Source of the DNA: Dehalococcoidia bacterium | Lineage (GTDB): Bacteria; Chloroflexota; Dehalococcoidia; GIF9; UBA5629 | DNA length: 24,000 nucleotides | Direction of reading: 5' to 3' | Assembly: GCA_049513695.1 (NCBI GenBank) | Contig: JBEKVW010000013.1 | Location: forward strand, 9,977 to 33,976 | Shown here: one piece after another, positions 1-7,720 of the stretch | Position numbering within the stretch: position 1 is the first letter of the stretch | Layout: each line of letters starts with the position of its first letter | Notes under the pieces: generated by a model | Seen by the model: the letters and a program-made list of their open reading frames with translations, nothing else | Told to the model about the DNA's origin: nothing | The model's database searches: none | Program-made: the position numbers and the translations under genes

Positions 1-855
1 ATCCTGGCTAAGGCCGTTGAAACCGCCTTTGAGGGACTGCTGATGACCGGCCGGCACCCGGTAGTCATTCTGAACGTAGCCATCCCCCCGGAAGAGGTGG
101 ATGTCAACGTGCATCCCAGCAAGCTGGAGGTCAAATTCCGCAATAACAGCGCCGTATTCACGGCAGCTTTAAAAATCCTTAAAGGTACGCTGGCAAAATC
201 ACCCCTTCCGGGCGTGCATATGGAAAGCGAAAACGCCGACGCACAATCGCTGTGGGAACGCTTCCCGCATGCCTCTGTAGCACTGCCCTCTCTTCAGACC
301 CTGGGGCAACTTTCGGCAAGCTATATCCTGGCCGAGGGTGAGCGCGGCCTCTACCTGATAGATCAACATGCCGCCCACGAGCGCATTCTTTTCGATCAGA
401 TAATGGCCCAGCGGGCCCGGAAGCAACCCGATATACAGGGCATGCTTGAACCCCTTCCCATTGAGCTTTCGCCTTCGCAGGAGGAGGCGATGAAGCATTA
501 TCAAGGGCTGCTAGCCGAATTCGGGTTCACCCTAGAGCCCTTCGGCAGCAGGACCTATCTGGTCAGGGCAGTGCCCGCCATGCTCGACGGCACCAACCTG
601 CTCGAGACCTTAAAGGAGCTTCTGGATGAGATCGGATCTGAGCAGGATGCGGGACAAAGGGAGCTGAAAGCCGCTCAGTCGCTGGCCTGTCACGGCGCCA
701 TCCGGGCGGGTCAACCGTTGAATACGCAGGAGATGCAAAACCTGATCAGGCAGCTCGAGCATACCTCCCAGCCACGTACCTGTCCGCACGGCAGGCCGAC
801 CATGATACACCTGAGCTCCCAACAGCTTAAGAAGGAATTCGGCCGGACGGGATAA
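1..855 (+). CDS. mutL: DNA mismatch repair protein MutL, C-terminal part (5' end lies outside the window)
   Basis: Frame 1 is open from base 1 (ILAKAVETAFEGLL precedes the listed Met at 43). VNVHPSKLEVKF matches the conserved MutL transducer-domain motif. LIDQHAAHERILFDQI fits the DQHA(X)2E(X)4E endonuclease motif of nicking-type MutL. C-terminal CPHGRPT motif; stop at 853-855. Confidence 0.93.
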   Translation: MLAKAVETAFEGLLMTGRHPVVILNVAIPPEEVDVNVHPSKLEVKFRNNSAVFTAALKILKGTLAKSPLPGVHMESENADAQSLWERFPHASVALPSLQTLGQLSASYILAEGERGLYLIDQHAAHERILFDQIMAQRARKQPDIQGMLEPLPIELSPSQEEAMKHYQGLLAEFGFTLEPFGSRTYLVRAVPAMLDGTNLLETLKELLDEIGSEQDAGQRELKAAQSLACHGAIRAGQPLNTQEMQNLIRQLEHTSQPRTCPHGRPTMIHLSSQQLKKEFGRTG

Positions 856-858
856 AAA

Positions 859-2631
859 CTAGGCCTTAGTGTAGAAACTCTGCGGGTCAAAGAGCCGCAG
901 GAGCATTTTCTCTTCATATGAAGGCAGGTCGATCTTCTTGAGGTGGGGTGCTACTTCCAGTTCCCAGCCTACCAGCCGCCTGATGCCCTTTATAGCCTCC
1001 TCCTCCCTTATGGCCGTGCCATAGGGAATATAAGAAGTCAGAGTCAGGGTATCCCTGCCCTCCTGTTTCTCGAAGATGCCCACGTCGGTTATGAGCGTCT
1101 TTACACGGTTCCCGGGAAAGGTTATGTAGGGCACTTGGGCGGGCAAGCGCTCTTTCCCCGAAGAAGCGAACACAATCGCTTCCCGGCAGGTGCTGGCCAC
1201 ATCGTTGGCGCCGCCCGAGCCTACTATGAAGAACACATTGGGTATCTTGGTCGAGTTGCCATTGCCGTACCTGTCCACCTGAGCCGCTCCGAGGACCCCC
1301 AGACAATTGCCGGCCGAGCCGCCCACCATGACCCCCAGTGCCATCTCGATATTGGTCAGGATTTTGCAGGATGGAAGGTTATCCATGCTGAAGACGGTGG
1401 GGTCGGAGGGCCTGGGCAAATAGCCGAACATGCCGATCTCGGCGACCAGTTCCACATCGTGCTTCTCGTCTTTCAATTTGTAGGCGGCCAGCCAGGCAGC
1501 CAGGTTAGAAACTCCCACACCGGCCAGTATGGTCTTATATCCCTTCGATACGCAAAGGTCGGCGATATACCTGCTGCCGGCGATAATCATCCTCTCGATC
1601 TGGTTGGATTCTTTAGGAAAGTCAACCTGCGGCACCGCCGCCAGGGTCTCAACCACCCACGAGTGGGGCTGGGCCTTGTCTTTCAGATAGCGCAACCTTT
1701 CCCTGCCTAGCTTGTCCAAATATAGCTCATGGCTCCTGCAATTAAGGATCCATTCCTGGATGAAACTCAGGAATTTGCTCTCATCCATGGAAGCGTCATT
1801 TATCAGGGTGGCGAACTCATAATCATCGAAGTAGCCTTCGAACTGCGGTATGCCGCTGTTGGAAAGGCCACCCGGATGCGCGCCGAAGGGCACTTCGCAG
1901 ACAGCCCTGACCATGTAGCCGGGTATGCGAACAAGATGTGCATGGCTCCGTATATAGTCCGTGGGCACAATGTGCTCCACGCTGACGATAACGCCTTCTT
2001 TAGACGCCCAGGCGCCGTAGGCATCGGTCCCCAGCGGATAGGGCAGGATAGTATTCCCGGCCCGGTCGGCTGCCAGGCCGTGCACCAGGGTTATATCCGG
2101 CCGCAGCGCTCGCAGCAGCCCGGTCTTTTCCCCCGTCCCAAAAGGAGAGTCGATCACAGAGAAATTTCCCTTATTTTCCTCGGCCATGCTGCTGCCGATG
2201 AGCGATCTGGTCGGTATGAACTCCCATCCCATAGCCCCTGCCAGCAGCCGCTGGGTAAGGGTCAGCATGGTCCAGTTTTCGAACTCGATAGACCCGGATA
2301 TATAGGCCTTCTGCACGTGCGGGTTGGGGCCGGGTGTGGGATATGAATTGCCCAGGAAGGTGGTCACAGCCTTTTTAATCATCTCTCCCCGTATAAGAGC
2401 CAGCAGGTAGGACGACGTGGACGGGCTGATCAGGGTGAAGTCGGGCCGTTTGCCCCAGAACTCACGGACGAGCTGAAAGAAAAGTGCCCCGCCTTTATTG
2501 GCTATGTGAATTGAGCTGCCGGCTCGGACATGCTTCGTGATGGCGTCGGTCATCGAGCAGACCTTGTCCTCACCCTCTATAGGAGCAATATGGAACTTTG
2601 AGTCGATGAATGCTTTTAAATCGTCTTCCAT
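859..2631 (-). CDS. Family I CoA-transferase, fused GctA-like (N-terminal) and GctB-like (C-terminal) halves
   Basis: 590-aa ORF. The N-terminal half is collinear with glutaconate CoA-transferase subunit A as I recall it (KVCSMTDAITKHV, IDSPFGTGEK, IPGYMVRAVCEVPFGAHPGG, FIQEWILNCRSHELYLDKLGRERL). The C-terminal half is beta-subunit-like, with a candidate catalytic Glu in VAEIGMFGY and a glycine-rich VGSGGANDV motif. Total length is about GctA plus GctB. It starts 18 nt after the upstream ORF on the same strand. Confidence 0.8.
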   Translation of the reverse strand: MEDDLKAFIDSKFHIAPIEGEDKVCSMTDAITKHVRAGSSIHIANKGGALFFQLVREFWGKRPDFTLISPSTSSYLLALIRGEMIKKAVTTFLGNSYPTPGPNPHVQKAYISGSIEFENWTMLTLTQRLLAGAMGWEFIPTRSLIGSSMAEENKGNFSVIDSPFGTGEKTGLLRALRPDITLVHGLAADRAGNTILPYPLGTDAYGAWASKEGVIVSVEHIVPTDYIRSHAHLVRIPGYMVRAVCEVPFGAHPGGLSNSGIPQFEGYFDDYEFATLINDASMDESKFLSFIQEWILNCRSHELYLDKLGRERLRYLKDKAQPHSWVVETLAAVPQVDFPKESNQIERMIIAGSRYIADLCVSKGYKTILAGVGVSNLAAWLAAYKLKDEKHDVELVAEIGMFGYLPRPSDPTVFSMDNLPSCKILTNIEMALGVMVGGSAGNCLGVLGAAQVDRYGNGNSTKIPNVFFIVGSGGANDVASTCREAIVFASSGKERLPAQVPYITFPGNRVKTLITDVGIFEKQEGRDTLTLTSYIPYGTAIREEEAIKGIRRLVGWELEVAPHLKKIDLPSYEEKMLLRLFDPQSFYTKA

Positions 2632-2649
2632 ATTGCTTGCCCGATCACA

Positions 2650-3051
2650 TTATACTTTATAACATACCTCCGGAAGCTTCACTCCCGGATTGCTCTCCCT
2701 TACGTAGCGCAGTAGCTGGTTGGCCAGCGAAATAGTTATCGTAGCCAGCTCATCGCCCTTGATCATCTCGACCTTTTCACCGCTGTACAATGCCCGCAGC
2801 CTGGCCGGGAACTCATCATCAGCTTTATTAAAGGCAAAATACACTATAACGCCGGGATACAGCTCTTTACTTATCGCCCAATCTTCATCCAGCCCGAGGC
2901 TTTCGACCCTGCCCCCCAGATAGCGCGCCAGCGCCCCAACGTCTCTGGCATATTCGAGTGCGGAAGCCCTCATTTTGAGCGCCCCTTTTACCTGTAATTG
3001 GTGAGGGCTGACCTTGCCCTCGATATCGGCCAGGTTGAGCAATTTCCTCAC
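2650..3051 (-). CDS. Small hypothetical protein, possibly DUF3786-like
   Basis: 133-aa ORF co-directional with cooC and the CoA-transferase. The segment LYPGVIVYFAFNKADDEFPARLRALYSG resembles the core of DUF3786-type proteins, which I recall being encoded beside ACS/corrinoid genes. The family assignment is from memory only. Confidence 0.55.
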   Translation of the reverse strand: MRKLLNLADIEGKVSPHQLQVKGALKMRASALEYARDVGALARYLGGRVESLGLDEDWAISKELYPGVIVYFAFNKADDEFPARLRALYSGEKVEMIKGDELATITISLANQLLRYVRESNPGVKLPEVCYKV

Positions 3052-3098
3052 TCGTTTATCCTGTTAAAGCTTTCCGTCTCTCCGGAGCTATGGGAATG

Positions 3099-3860
3099 TT
3101 AACGAATCCTGAGTTTGTAAAGTATTTCCTGCACCGCCCTGCGGAATGTGGAGTCCAAAGGCAGGAGCGTTAAGGGCTTTCCTCTGACGTCCAGTTCCGC
3201 GATAGCAGGGTCCTCCGGGATAGTGGCAAAGAGCATCAGCCCCGATTTGGTGATGGCCTCCTTCAGCTCCGGCTGCAAGCCGTTCCTGAGCCTGTTGACC
3301 ACCAGCAGCACGCCGCCCTTGATATTAGTGCGTATCTCCCCGCTGAGCTGCTGCAGGCGAATGCAGGTGTTGAGGCCGCGTATGGTGGGATCGGTAACCG
3401 CCAGCAGGTAGTCTATATCCTGTGTAGTCTGGCGGCTGATGTGTTCCAGGCCGGCCTCGCAGTCCATGATGACATAGTCATAGCTTTTAGCCAGCTTATC
3501 TATGGAGAAACGAATCATGTGGTTGGCGGCGCAGTAGCATCCAGGACCTTCCGGCCGCCCCATGGCCAGCAGGTCGAACCGGCTGGTCTCAACCAGCGAC
3601 TCATGGATGCGGCTGTCCAGTATCTCCTGCTTGGAGACAGCCATCGTCAGCCTCCCGCCCCTGATCTCGTCGGTCATCTTCTCGCGGGTCTTGCCTACAG
3701 TACTCTGTAGATCTACGCCCAGGGCGTCATTCAGGTTGGTGCTGGGATCGGCGTCCACCGCCAGCACGGCTCCCAGGTTGGATAAAAAATCGACCAGTAT
3801 GGCCGATATGGCAGTCTTGCCCACGCCTCCCTTTCCGGCAACAGCAATGGTCACAGTCAT
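3099..3860 (-). CDS. cooC: CooC/AcsF-family nickel-insertion ATPase (MinD/ParA fold)
   Basis: N-terminal P-loop AVAGKGGVGKT. Cys-x-Cys metal site in GPGCYCAANHM, typical of CooC/AcsF maturases. 253 aa. The start lies 4 nt downstream of the nuoF-like stop. Confidence 0.9.
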   Translation of the reverse strand: MTVTIAVAGKGGVGKTAISAILVDFLSNLGAVLAVDADPSTNLNDALGVDLQSTVGKTREKMTDEIRGGRLTMAVSKQEILDSRIHESLVETSRFDLLAMGRPEGPGCYCAANHMIRFSIDKLAKSYDYVIMDCEAGLEHISRQTTQDIDYLLAVTDPTIRGLNTCIRLQQLSGEIRTNIKGGVLLVVNRLRNGLQPELKEAITKSGLMLFATIPEDPAIAELDVRGKPLTLLPLDSTFRRAVQEILYKLRIR

Positions 3861-3864
3861 TTTA

Positions 3865-5784
3865 TTAAGGCTCCTTCGAAGGCGTTTCCGGCCTGGTCCG
3901 CCGGTTTTCCGGCACGAGACTGACCGGTGATAATCTTATCACAGCATTATACTCCACGGGGCAGACCAGCTGGCAACTGCCGCACTTGGTGCATTTAGAC
4001 TGGTCTACGACCTTCAGGCCGTTCTCATCGCTGAAAACCGCCTCCGCCGGGCAGGCCAGCACGCAGTGGTCGCAGCCTCTTTCGCACTTTTCGGGCAAAA
4101 TGTAATAGGCCGTCAGATCCTTGCAAACACGTGCCGGGCAGCGCTTCTCCAGAACATGAGCTTTATACTCCTCTTTGTAGTAGCGCAGCGTGGTCAGCAC
4201 CGGGTTGGGCGCCATCTTGCCCAGTCCGCAGAGCGAGCCGGCTTTAACATCGCGGCCAAGCTCTTCCAGCATATTAAGTCCTTCGAGGGTACCCTGGCCT
4301 TTGGTTATATCTTGCAGGATATCCAGCATATGAAAGGTACCTATGCGGCAGGGGGTGCATTTGCCGCAGGACTCCTGCTGACTGAAATCGGTGAAGAATT
4401 TGGCCGCATCCACCATGCAGTTATCCTCATCCATCACGATGATGCCGCCCGAGCCCATAATGGCCCCGGCCTCCTTCAGGGAATCGAAGTCCACAGGTGT
4501 GTCCAGCAGAGCTTCCGGAAGGCAGCCGCCGGAGGGTCCCCCGATCTGAACGCCCTTGAATTGCTTGTTGCCGCGTGTGCCGCCGCCGATATCGTAAACC
4601 AGCGTGCGCAGGGTCGTACCCATCGGCACCTCGGCCAGCCCGGTATAGTTGAGCTTGCCGGCCAGCGCAAACAGGGCAGTGCCCGGGCTCTTTTTTGTCC
4701 CGGTCCTCTTAAACCAGTTGCCACCATTATTGACTATCAGAGGAACATAGGCCAGCGTCTTTACATTGTTGACCAGCGTGGGCCTTCCCCATAGACCGGT
4801 TTCCGCCGGATAGGGCGGACGATGTTCCGGCCAGGAGCGCCTTCCCTCCATGGCCGCCGTCATAGCAGTCTCCTCACCGGATACAAAGGCCCCGGCGCCC
4901 TTAACTATTTCGATATCGAAATTGTACTTTGAGCCAAGTATATTTTTACCCAATAAGCCCTTATCCTCAGCCTGCGTCAATGCAGTTTGAAGCCTGGATA
5001 CGGCCAGGGGGTACTCCTCCCGGATATAGAAGAAGCCCTTTTGCGCTCCAACTGCGTAACCTGCAATAGCCATGCCTTCTATCACGGCATGGGGGTCGCT
5101 CTCCAGCAGCACCCGGTCCATAAAGGCGCCGGGGTCGCCTTCATCGGCATTGCAGACAATATACTTGATATCGCTTTTTACGGTATAACATGACCGCCAC
5201 TTGGCGGCGGTGGGGAATCCCGCACCTCCGCGCCCGCGCAGGCCCGACCTTTTCACTTCTTCAATCAATGCACCTGGCGCCATCGTCAGGGCCTTAGCCA
5301 GCGCTTTATAGCCTCCGCAGGCCAGATAGTGGTCGATCTCAAGGGGTGAGGTGTAGCCGCTATTGCGCAGCAGCAGCCTCTTCTCGTAAGCAAAGCGCTC
5401 CAGTTCCGGAATGATGGCGGGTTCCTGTCCGCCTCCCGTCACGCTACCGAGGGCCAGGTCGAAACAAGGATCGTCGCCGATTACATAGCCCTGTACCAGC
5501 CGGGGCACCATCTGAGGCGTTACGTGGTGGTAGCATATGGAGAAGTTGTCCGGCTTAATGATGGTCACCAGTGGCTCGTGGGAGCAGAGGCCCATGCAGC
5601 CCACTTCGGAGATGGCGACCGCCGCATCCAGGCCTTCTAATTCGCGTCTTAACGCCTCTAGAACGGCCATTGAACCGGCGGCGCGGCCGCAGGTAGCGGT
5701 ACCCACTAAAATATGGGTAATCCGGCCTTTATAAAGAGCTTCCCAGTTCGATACCGCCTGCCGGGATATCTTCTCAAAGCTCAT
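3865..5784 (-). CDS. nuoF: NuoF/HydB-type NAD(P)H-binding flavoprotein with an N-terminal thioredoxin-like 2Fe-2S domain and a C-terminal 2x[4Fe-4S] ferredoxin domain
   Basis: - GRGGAGFPTAAKW: FMN/NADH site of 51-kDa subunits.
- ESCGKCTPCRIG: N3 4Fe-4S motif.
- N-terminal GTATCG...GCMGLCSHEP: thioredoxin-like FeS domain.
- C-terminal CERGCDHCVLACP and CTKCGSCQLVCP motifs.
- ATGA overlap with the upstream nuoE-like gene. Confidence 0.9.
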   Translation of the reverse strand: MSFEKISRQAVSNWEALYKGRITHILVGTATCGRAAGSMAVLEALRRELEGLDAAVAISEVGCMGLCSHEPLVTIIKPDNFSICYHHVTPQMVPRLVQGYVIGDDPCFDLALGSVTGGGQEPAIIPELERFAYEKRLLLRNSGYTSPLEIDHYLACGGYKALAKALTMAPGALIEEVKRSGLRGRGGAGFPTAAKWRSCYTVKSDIKYIVCNADEGDPGAFMDRVLLESDPHAVIEGMAIAGYAVGAQKGFFYIREEYPLAVSRLQTALTQAEDKGLLGKNILGSKYNFDIEIVKGAGAFVSGEETAMTAAMEGRRSWPEHRPPYPAETGLWGRPTLVNNVKTLAYVPLIVNNGGNWFKRTGTKKSPGTALFALAGKLNYTGLAEVPMGTTLRTLVYDIGGGTRGNKQFKGVQIGGPSGGCLPEALLDTPVDFDSLKEAGAIMGSGGIIVMDEDNCMVDAAKFFTDFSQQESCGKCTPCRIGTFHMLDILQDITKGQGTLEGLNMLEELGRDVKAGSLCGLGKMAPNPVLTTLRYYKEEYKAHVLEKRCPARVCKDLTAYYILPEKCERGCDHCVLACPAEAVFSDENGLKVVDQSKCTKCGSCQLVCPVEYNAVIRLSPVSLVPENRRTRPETPSKEP

Positions 5785-6284
5785 GGGAGGCTTTCAGTCC
5801 CCGGTGCGCCTGGAGCAGCCGCCTTAATGTTTACAAAAGCCTCTTCGACCCGGGGCGGCGTCATCCTGGGATGGACTTCCCCGCCGATGGTTAGCACCGG
5901 GGCAAGAGCGCAGCAACCAATGCAAGCCACACGTTCCAGGCTGAATTCCATATCCCCGGTTGTTCCACCGATCTCTATCGCCAGCTCTCGCGCCGTGGCC
6001 TCGAGTACGAGCTGGCCACCTGCCAGGTGGCAGGCTGTGCCCAGGCAGACCTTGACCGGCTTCCTGCCCGGCGGCGTGAAGCGGAACTGATTATAGAAAG
6101 TCGCCACCCCCCACACCGAGCTGCCGGGTATATCCAGGAATTTAGAGACCTCCAGCATGGCCTGCCGGGATAGGTAACCCTGCTCCGCTTGTATATCTTG
6201 CAGGATATCGATCAAGTGCCGGCGTTGCCGGCGTTCCGGCCCCAGGACTCTCGATAAATCGTTATTTCTTGAATCGTTTTCCAT
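5781..6284 (-). CDS. nuoE: NuoE/HydC-type thioredoxin-like [2Fe-2S] ferredoxin subunit
   Basis: 167 aa with CLGTACHLAGG and CIGCCALAP cysteine motifs characteristic of the 24-kDa NuoE/HydC family. Its stop overlaps the nuoF-like start by 4 nt (5781-5784), implying translational coupling. Confidence 0.88.
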   Translation of the reverse strand: MENDSRNNDLSRVLGPERRQRRHLIDILQDIQAEQGYLSRQAMLEVSKFLDIPGSSVWGVATFYNQFRFTPPGRKPVKVCLGTACHLAGGQLVLEATARELAIEIGGTTGDMEFSLERVACIGCCALAPVLTIGGEVHPRMTPPRVEEAFVNIKAAAPGAPGTESLP

Positions 6285-6372
6285 ATCGCCCTTGTAAAAG
6301 CGTCCAAAATATATATACTCTGTATTTTAAAAGAAATGCTGAATATATGAAATGCGGAGGAACTTGCGGAAG

Positions 6373-6957
6373 ATGAATATAAGATGCGCAGCACTGCTGC
6401 TGGCATTTGCCGGCTCGTTAGTGCTGTCCGCCTGCCAGCCTTCCCTGTCGCCCGCAATACAATCTCCGCCTGCAATTCAGGCCGGGGAACCCGGCATCCA
6501 GGCATTCTTCCCCAGGGCAGGACAGGACCCGGCGCCCATCCTGGTGAAGCTTTATAACGAGGCCTCAACCAGCCTGGATATCGCCATTTACAGCCTGACA
6601 CATCCCGATATCGTTAAAGCCATCGGCGATGCCAAACAGCGTGGAGTGCAGGTGCGCGTCATAACGGACAGTGATTCCGCGACGGGAAACACGCAGAAGC
6701 ATGCTGTGAACGATCTTCTGAACCTGGGCATCCCCGTGAAGGTCAACCTCCACTCCGGCCTCATGCATTTGAAAATGAGCGTGATCGACGGCAAAACCGC
6801 TACCATAGGGAGCTATAATTACACGCTGAGTGCCAGCCAGCAGAACGACGAGGTCATGGCAGTCGTGACGCAGCCCGCCTTCGTCAAAAGCTGCCAGGAC
6901 GAGTTCAACCGGTTGTGGGATTCACCCGGTTTGACGAACGCCAAAGCCTCGTATTGA
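6373..6957 (+). CDS. Secreted lipoprotein, single-HKD phospholipase D superfamily (Nuc-like endonuclease type)
   Basis: - HKD motif HLKMSVIDGKTATIGSYN (HxKx4Dx6GSxN) at 6766-6819.
- The small size with one HKD copy is as in Nuc-type homodimeric nucleases.
- Signal peptide MNIRCAALLLAFAGSLVLSAC with lipobox L-S-A-C.
- The start at 6373 is preferred because GGAGG lies at 6356-6360; the alternative ATG is at 6352. Confidence 0.82.
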   Translation: MNIRCAALLLAFAGSLVLSACQPSLSPAIQSPPAIQAGEPGIQAFFPRAGQDPAPILVKLYNEASTSLDIAIYSLTHPDIVKAIGDAKQRGVQVRVITDSDSATGNTQKHAVNDLLNLGIPVKVNLHSGLMHLKMSVIDGKTATIGSYNYTLSASQQNDEVMAVVTQPAFVKSCQDEFNRLWDSPGLTNAKASY

Positions 6958-6996
6958 TGAGTGAATTAGCACGCTAGCGCATAAGCCGCTAGCTAA

Positions 6997-7083
6997 TCCA
7001 TATCCGAAAACCCCAGCTATGGTATTAGGATAAGTAATCATATTTGGATGGCTGAGGAAATCGTTAATCTAACCATTCAATGA
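6997..7083 (+). pseudogene. Relic of a transposase C-terminus (left arm)
   Basis: The + frame reads SISENPSYGIRISNHIWMAEEIVNLTIQ*. The segment SNHIWMAEEIVNL is homologous to SDHIWTFSEIVKL in the longer relic at 8340-8507 on the opposite strand. There is no upstream transposase body (stop at 6994-6996). Confidence 0.5.
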
Positions 7084-7636
7084 ATGGTTTTTCATCAGCC
7101 ACAATAAATCTTTTACGGGCAGCTATAATTTTGCCATCCGCACATATAGTCATGTCAATTTCGCCTTCCCCTCTCGGCAAATCAATAGTATAGATATCAT
7201 CTTCATCTGCGGCTCTGGCTTTACCATATATAAATCCTGCTATCATTACTCTTGCCGCTAAGTTTGATGCTGGCAACATAATAGACTTGTATCGAGTAGT
7301 GAGATCATCACCAAAATAAATAAAACGTGCAGTAGGAATCAAAAACCCATGTCCCTCTAATTTCACGTCTGCGCTTAACGTCAATCTTTGAATAGTGTTT
7401 CTTTCAACATTAATCCATTTCAAAAATCTATTGTTAACGGGGAGATTTTGTAACTGAATGTATATTAAATACCCATCTCCTTGATAAGATACTAATATTT
7501 TGGGTTTCTGCCAGATCAGAAAAAGAGAAGGGACTATTATTGCCATCGCCAGTGCAACAATGGTGGCAAAAATCGTAATCCATTCCAAGGGTGGAGGTGG
7601 AGAAGTAAATAACCAATATGTCGTTTGATTATCCAC
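7064..7636 (-). CDS. Hypothetical N-terminally membrane-anchored protein (paralog of 7721-8362)
   Basis: 190-aa ORF in an AT-richer stretch. One hydrophobic helix (WITIFATIVALAMAIIVPSLFLIW) is followed by a soluble domain. Weak but collinear similarity to the divergent neighbour supports real coding. GTG start without an obvious SD, so the start is uncertain. Confidence 0.55.
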   Translation of the reverse strand: MDNQTTYWLFTSPPPPLEWITIFATIVALAMAIIVPSLFLIWQKPKILVSYQGDGYLIYIQLQNLPVNNRFLKWINVERNTIQRLTLSADVKLEGHGFLIPTARFIYFGDDLTTRYKSIMLPASNLAARVMIAGFIYGKARAADEDDIYTIDLPRGEGEIDMTICADGKIIAARKRFIVADEKPFIEWLD

Positions 7637-7720
7637 GTTTTAATTTTATCACGCCGCATTCAAAATGACCCACTACCCGCTAGCCTGTAATTCTTATAAG
7701 ATACGGGGTAAAATAGGTGC

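Noticed and set aside
853-861. mutL and the CoA-transferase gene converge with only 3 nt between their stop codons.
   Set aside because: It is real, but tight convergent packing is common in compact genomes. There is no structure here to interpret.
943-1710. Long antisense ORFs opposite real genes. Examples: 943-1710+, 1729-2346+, 4066-4794+, 9413-10063+, 11477-11980+, 13637-14227+, 14526-15257+, 18859-19236-, 20556-20963-.
   Set aside because: Each lies fully inside a well-supported gene on the other strand, has an Arg/Gly/Pro/Ala-rich low-complexity composition typical of GC-rich shadow frames, and shows no recognisable motifs.
6212-6601. 129-aa minus-strand ORF that spans the nuoE start, the intergenic promoter region and the PLD gene 5' end.
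   Set aside because: It overlaps two well-supported genes and an AT-rich promoter region, with no recognisable features. It is a spurious read-through frame.
6972-7684. Repeated 7-mer CGCTAGC (6972-6978, 6987-6993, 7678-7684) as possible insertion-boundary repeats.
   Set aside because: A 7-mer is expected to recur about 3 times by chance in 24 kb on two strands, and the copies do not coincide with the relic boundaries.
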